Shown: piece after piece, positions 59,373 to 64,000 of the stretch
How positions within the stretch are numbered: the first letter of the stretch is position 1
How the letters are laid out: each line of letters opens with the position of its first letter
Assembly (NCBI GenBank): GCA_902795215.1
Contig: CADBKG010000010.1
Span: 139-64,138 of the forward strand
From: an uncultured Erysipelotrichaceae bacterium
Lineage (GTDB): Bacteria; Bacillota_I; Bacilli_A; RF39; UBA660
Direction: 5' to 3'
Length of the DNA: 64,000 nucleotides
Notes under the pieces: model-generated
What the model was told of the DNA's origin: nothing
Databases searched by the model: none
What the model saw: the letters and a program-made list of their open reading frames with translations, nothing else
Program-made: the position numbers and the translations under genes

Positions 59373-61329
59373 ATTTATCTTTATTTAAGTAACTTAATGC
59401 TTCTTGCATTTGTTCTTTTGTAAATGGTTTTGGAACATAACTTAAGAACCCTTCTTCTATGTACTTATCTGCTGCACCTGAGACTGCATCTGCTGTAAAG
59501 GCTATTGTTGGTATATCATATCCTGGAATCTGTTTTAGTTTCTTAAGTGTTTCTTCTCCACCCATCTCTGGCATCATTATATCAAGTAATACTAAATCGT
59601 ATTTTTCTCCATTTTGTATTTTCTCTATTGCTTCTTGTCCTGATCTTGCACTTGATACGATTAATCCCATATTTGTTAATGTTCTTTCTGCAACTTTTAT
59701 ATTAAGCATATTATCATCAACTACTAAAATAGTTTTTCTAGTTAAATCTTCAAGCGATTTTTCAGAGAAGTTCATAGGTTTATCTTTTTCATCTACAGGA
59801 GCGCTTAAATCAACTTTTTCCATAGTGCTTACTGCAGGAAGTCCTTCCATATTTGGTGTTTCTTTTGGTTTTTCACTAGATGGTCCATTAAGTACTATAG
59901 TTTGTCCTTTCGAATTATCTTCATAAACCTTTTGTGGTAATCTTACCGTAAATTTGCTTCCTTTACCATATTCGCTTTCTACTGATATTGTTCCATTCAT
60001 CATTTCTACTAAACTTTTTGTAATAGCAAGTCCTAATCCTGTACCTTCTATTGTAGAATTAATCTCGACATCAAGTCTTTCAAATTTATTAAATAATTTG
60101 TCTATACTTTCTTTTTTTATTCCTCTTCCTGTATCTTCTACTGTTATTTCTAAATTACATGTAGTTCCTCTTGTATCTCCCGTTACTGTAAAATTAACTT
60201 GGCCTTCATCAGTATATTTAATCGCATTTGATAAAAGATTATTAATAATTTCTTTAACATGTACTTGGTCTCCGTATAACATATCTGGAATAGAACTATC
60301 AAGTGATACATTGAATTCTATTGGTTTTTCTCCAATTCTTACAGAATTACTTCTAGCAAGACCAGTAATTTCCTTTTTGAAATCATAAGGAATCTCAACT
60401 ATTTCCATCTTAGAAGATTCAATTTTATTTATATCAAGAATATTACCGATTATTTCAAGTAATGTTGTAGATGCTTCAACTATATAATCAGCATCATTTT
60501 TAACTACATATGGTACTTCATCTGACCTAGATTGAATATCTTCACTAAAACCAACTATTGCATTAAGTGGTGTTCTTATTTCATGACTCATACTAGATAA
60601 GAAATCTGATTTAGCTTTATTTGCTTTTTCTGCTTCATTTTTAGCAATATTTAATTGATCGATTATCTTAATATCTGGGTTCTCAATAGTAAAGAACATA
60701 GCAAGTAATCCAAATGTTTCCGTAACGGTCATAAGTGTCCATCTATGATCTATGCTTTGGATTACAAGAGCAACAATAAATCCCCCAAGCATAACAAACA
60801 AAGGAATAAAGTTTCTGGCTTTAGCCTTTTTAGTTATAATAGCTCTTAATGCACTTAAAATACACATTGTTATCGCTACTCCAGAAATTAAATATAAAGT
60901 GTTACATGCTGGACCATCTGCAAATATTCCTGCTTCACTCATTCTTAGTGACGAAGGCAAAGTTAATGAAAGTAATAGAGTTATAAACATAAGAATATAA
61001 ATTACAGTATGTATTAATTTAGAATGTTTTTTATAATATTCTTCTGACATAGAAATTGTCATATTATAATCAAAAAACATAATGCAAAATACCGCCAAAT
61101 ATGCCATATATAACTTATAGATAGCATTTGGTAATATATGCATTGTTCCATATCTAGTTATTAGGGGAAATAATGAACACTCCAAAATCAATCCAAAAAA
61201 GTTAATTGTCACAAGATTATAAAAAGTTTTTTCTTCAGGGGTATCAATACGTGTTTTATATCTAAATACACAATTTAAGAAAAATGAATAAAATATACTT
61301 AAGGCTATCACACCAACACTATAGCTCAT
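59371..61329 (-). CDS. hybrid sensor histidine kinase/response regulator
   Basis: Multi-TM sensor, FLSSMSHEIRTPLNAI, NLLSNAIKYT, DTGRG, GTGLGL, REC VDDN..LLDIMMP..KP. Confidence 0.95.
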   Translation of the reverse strand: MSYSVGVIALSIFYSFFLNCVFRYKTRIDTPEEKTFYNLVTINFFGLILECSLFPLITRYGTMHILPNAIYKLYMAYLAVFCIMFFDYNMTISMSEEYYKKHSKLIHTVIYILMFITLLLSLTLPSSLRMSEAGIFADGPACNTLYLISGVAITMCILSALRAIITKKAKARNFIPLFVMLGGFIVALVIQSIDHRWTLMTVTETFGLLAMFFTIENPDIKIIDQLNIAKNEAEKANKAKSDFLSSMSHEIRTPLNAIVGFSEDIQSRSDEVPYVVKNDADYIVEASTTLLEIIGNILDINKIESSKMEIVEIPYDFKKEITGLARSNSVRIGEKPIEFNVSLDSSIPDMLYGDQVHVKEIINNLLSNAIKYTDEGQVNFTVTGDTRGTTCNLEITVEDTGRGIKKESIDKLFNKFERLDVEINSTIEGTGLGLAITKSLVEMMNGTISVESEYGKGSKFTVRLPQKVYEDNSKGQTIVLNGPSSEKPKETPNMEGLPAVSTMEKVDLSAPVDEKDKPMNFSEKSLEDLTRKTILVVDDNMLNIKVAERTLTNMGLIVSSARSGQEAIEKIQNGEKYDLVLLDIMMPEMGGEETLKKLKQIPGYDIPTIAFTADAVSGAADKYIEEGFLSYVPKPFTKEQMQEALSYLNKDK

Positions 61330-61383
61330 ACTATCACCTATTATATATTGTAACAAAAAAAAACATTATTTTAAATGTTTTTT

Positions 61384-61989
61384 TTAACTTTTTTTCTTTA
61401 GTTTAATTTTACATAATACAAAGCTTACTGGGGTATAGAAAAAGCTTATAATTCCAAGGTTAATAAAGACCCCAAGTATCCCATATCTGCTTACATCAAA
61501 GAAAAAGTAAGGTGATTTAATACTACCTGGTAGTAGTAATTGTAGTCCTACTAGTGTTAGTGTATAACTTAGTGTTGGTAATAAACAAGTAAAAAAGTAA
61601 TGTAATTTAATATCATGAATTGAATCCGTTGCAACATAATCACAAACAACAAGTAAAGGAGATATGATATGTAAAAAAATCAATCCTAATGAAAACATTA
61701 AATTTCCTTCAAAATATAAATTCATAAGTACAGTATTAGATATCATAAAAGTTAATACTAGTGCCATCATAACAGCAAAAAATATCCATGGATGATAATT
61801 ATCATCTTTACTTTTTTTGGTTGCAATTGTATAAGGAATATAAAACAATAAAGTAATTATATTACAAATTATAGTAAAGGTAGTAATGGTTTTAATAAAA
61901 GAATAATATTTCGATAGAATAGTTAATACAAGTCCTATAATTATAACTAACAAAACCATTCTTCTAAGTAACAACTTTCTATTTTTCAT
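61384..61989 (-). CDS. integral membrane protein (Pr6Pr-like)
   Basis: FT..CN, H.I.P....DY, PYFF. Confidence 0.6.
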   Translation of the reverse strand: MKNRKLLLRRMVLLVIIIGLVLTILSKYYSFIKTITTFTIICNIITLLFYIPYTIATKKSKDDNYHPWIFFAVMMALVLTFMISNTVLMNLYFEGNLMFSLGLIFLHIISPLLVVCDYVATDSIHDIKLHYFFTCLLPTLSYTLTLVGLQLLLPGSIKSPYFFFDVSRYGILGVFINLGIISFFYTPVSFVLCKIKLKKKS

Positions 61990-62051
61990 AACTAGCACTC
62001 CAAACTTTTATTCCTATTTTAACTATTTTAATCATATCATATTAATAATAT

Positions 62052-63014
62052 TTATTCAAACTCTTTATACTTAATGGTTGACAATATATGTGTTTTGATT
62101 TCACTACAAGTTTCACTCATTACAGAACTACTCATATCAAACTCATAAACATAAACATGTTTACTTTTTTCTGTAATATAATAATATTTTATCTTTTTGT
62201 TATTATCTTGTATATTAGTCCAAGTTATTTTATCTACTGTAATTTTATTTTCTAAGTTAATTCCATAAAACTTTTTAAAATCATTAATAAATTTATCTTT
62301 ATCTTTATAGCCTAATACTTCATATATGCTTGCCTTACACGAACCATTATCATATTTTTTAGACGCTGTTGAACCATTCATATCCCAACTAGTTGGAAAT
62401 TCAAAATCAAACACGTTATCTTCTACATATTTTTTATTAATATTTCCATCAAATTCTTTTTTCGGTGTTTGTTTTTTGGGTTTATTTAAGAATAAACAAT
62501 ATACTAAAGAAACTATAACCAATAAAATAAATAACACTTTAATAATAGAGATTATTATAGTTACTTTTTTATTAGTTCCTCCTTTTTTTATCGCTTGCTT
62601 TTCTATTTTATTACTAGAATATACATTAAAAAGTTTTTTTATTTGATCTTTTGCATATCTTAAATACACGTAATTGGTTGTATAACCTATTATAATTTTT
62701 AATATTAATAAAAGAATAAAATAAACAATTAAAATATGTGATGTCGTTGTTGCAAATAAAAGCAAAAGCATTTTAATAATTATAATTACAAATGCATAAA
62801 GGTACATTTTTCTATAAAAATAATAAACATCATCAAATAAAAATGCATGAATATTAAACTTATTATTTATAATTTTCTCATAATTTTTACCTATAAAACT
62901 TTTTGATAAATTATCATATTCACTTTTTATACTATCTAAATAAATATCATTTAATAAGTCTAATGATTCTTCTTTAGGAAGATTTAATCCCAAATTATTA
63001 TATTTCTTATTCAT
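62052..63014 (-). CDS. DUF2628-like membrane protein
   Basis: FN..AFLF...Y..YRKMY, N..Y, KGGT. Confidence 0.65.
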   Translation of the reverse strand: MNKKYNNLGLNLPKEESLDLLNDIYLDSIKSEYDNLSKSFIGKNYEKIINNKFNIHAFLFDDVYYFYRKMYLYAFVIIIIKMLLLLFATTTSHILIVYFILLLILKIIIGYTTNYVYLRYAKDQIKKLFNVYSSNKIEKQAIKKGGTNKKVTIIISIIKVLFILLVIVSLVYCLFLNKPKKQTPKKEFDGNINKKYVEDNVFDFEFPTSWDMNGSTASKKYDNGSCKASIYEVLGYKDKDKFINDFKKFYGINLENKITVDKITWTNIQDNNKKIKYYYITEKSKHVYVYEFDMSSSVMSETCSEIKTHILSTIKYKEFE

Positions 63015-63080
63015 TTTACCCTCCTATTTTATAATATCATAATTTAGTATATTTTTTAAACATTATTTTAAACTAATAAT

Positions 63081-63572
63081 ATGAATATTTATATGTTTGG
63101 AATAATTTTATTTTTTGCTAGAATGTTAGATGTAACGATCGGCTCTATAAGAACCATATTTTTAGTTAAAGGAAAAAGTATACTAGCAGCGTTATTTTCT
63201 TTTTTAGAAATTATTATATGGTTTTATGCCGTAAATGAAGCATTAATTAATAACGATAATATAATAATACTCCTTTTTTATGCATGTGGTTACTCTTTTG
63301 GAACATATTTTGGATCAATTATTAATAATAAATATATAAAAGGTTATTATAATGTAATAGTTGTAACTTCTAAAAATAGATTAATTACTAAACTAAAAGA
63401 AAGCAATTATGGCATTAGTCATATATCTTTAAATAATAAAAAAATTCTTCTTTTTTTAATCATCAAAAAGAAGAATTTAAAATACTTAAAAGAATTAATA
63501 AACTCATATGATAAAAATGCTTTTATAATCATAAATGAAACAAAAGATGTTAATAATGGATATATAAATTAA
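63081..63572 (+). CDS. DUF5698/DUF2179 family membrane protein
   Basis: R..DV...SIRTI...KG....A....F.E, Y..G...G...G. Confidence 0.8.
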   Translation: MNIYMFGIILFFARMLDVTIGSIRTIFLVKGKSILAALFSFLEIIIWFYAVNEALINNDNIIILLFYACGYSFGTYFGSIINNKYIKGYYNVIVVTSKNRLITKLKESNYGISHISLNNKKILLFLIIKKKNLKYLKELINSYDKNAFIIINETKDVNNGYIN

Positions 63573-64000
63573 TATCCTGTATTTTTACCTGCTTTTTTAA
63601 GTCCAATCTTTCTTAAAGTATCAATTATTATTGGAGTTAAAGATAAAAATAATATAATTAATAATTCTTTTATAGTTAAACCATAAGTCCTAAATACATT
63701 ACCACCTTTATATAAAAGTATTATTTGTACAACAAGAATAAACGATATTATAAAAAGAAAGGGTTTATTTTTGTTAATATTTGATAATATGTTTATTCTA
63801 CTAGTTCTTGTATTAAAGGAGTTAACTATTCCTGATAATACAAATAAACCAAAAAAGGCAGTCATAAGAGTTTTGTTACTACCAAATAGATTTGCTTTTA
63901 AAAATGTAATAAGCATTATCGCTGTATATACTCCTGTAATAAGTATACTTGAATACATATATTTATTTATAATTGGAGTTTTTTTATTTAATGGTTTCTC
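63569..64000 (-). CDS. C-terminus of a cation-transporting P-type ATPase (partial; runs off the window)
   Basis: Frame open to the window edge; T.FF..FV.....NSFN.R, N..F, F....L TM pattern. Confidence 0.8.
   Translation of the reverse strand, partial: EKPLNKKTPIINKYMYSSILITGVYTAIMLITFLKANLFGSNKTLMTAFFGLFVLSGIVNSFNTRTSRINILSNINKNKPFLFIISFILVVQIILLYKGGNVFRTYGLTIKELLIILFLSLTPIIIDTLRKIGLKKAGKNTGY

Overview
Very AT-rich chromosomal segment (roughly 25% GC by eye, standard genetic code, TGA used as stop) from a reduced-genome, spore-gene-carrying member of the Bacilli. Gene style suggests an uncultured RF39/Erysipelotrichia-like lineage (inference). Most genes are on the minus strand. Core content: eno-secG-rnr-smpB-ssrA(tmRNA), phosphoketolase, ybeY-dgkA, dnaG-sigA-trmK-tig, LTA synthase and tRNA-Gly(GCC). 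A condensed sporulation block contains an S41 protease, spo0A, DUF378, a divergent sigF-like gene, spoVAC/D/E, spoVID-ysxE, with yqfCD elsewhere in the window. There is also a compact type VII secretion locus (essC, esaB, elongated WXG100-like genes), an EFR1-flavodoxin/[FeFe]-hydrogenase fusion and an orphan hybrid histidine kinase. Most notable signals not explained by the ORF track: (1) an unannotated type I toxin-antitoxin-like cassette at 10321-10636 (25-aa hydrophobic peptide, SD-sequestering hairpin, 5'-3' pairing, convergent sRNA); (2) a housekeeping SigA with an N-terminal PASTA-like domain; (3) a T7SS WXG-like substrate starting with a Prp-protease-type motif (MNLNIQNF/AG); (4) an (AGAC)13 tract that puts a large VWA surface protein out of frame with its upstream ATG; (5) an Rpn nuclease with an in-frame internal SD+ATG. 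All domain calls are by-eye motif recognition; no searches were run.
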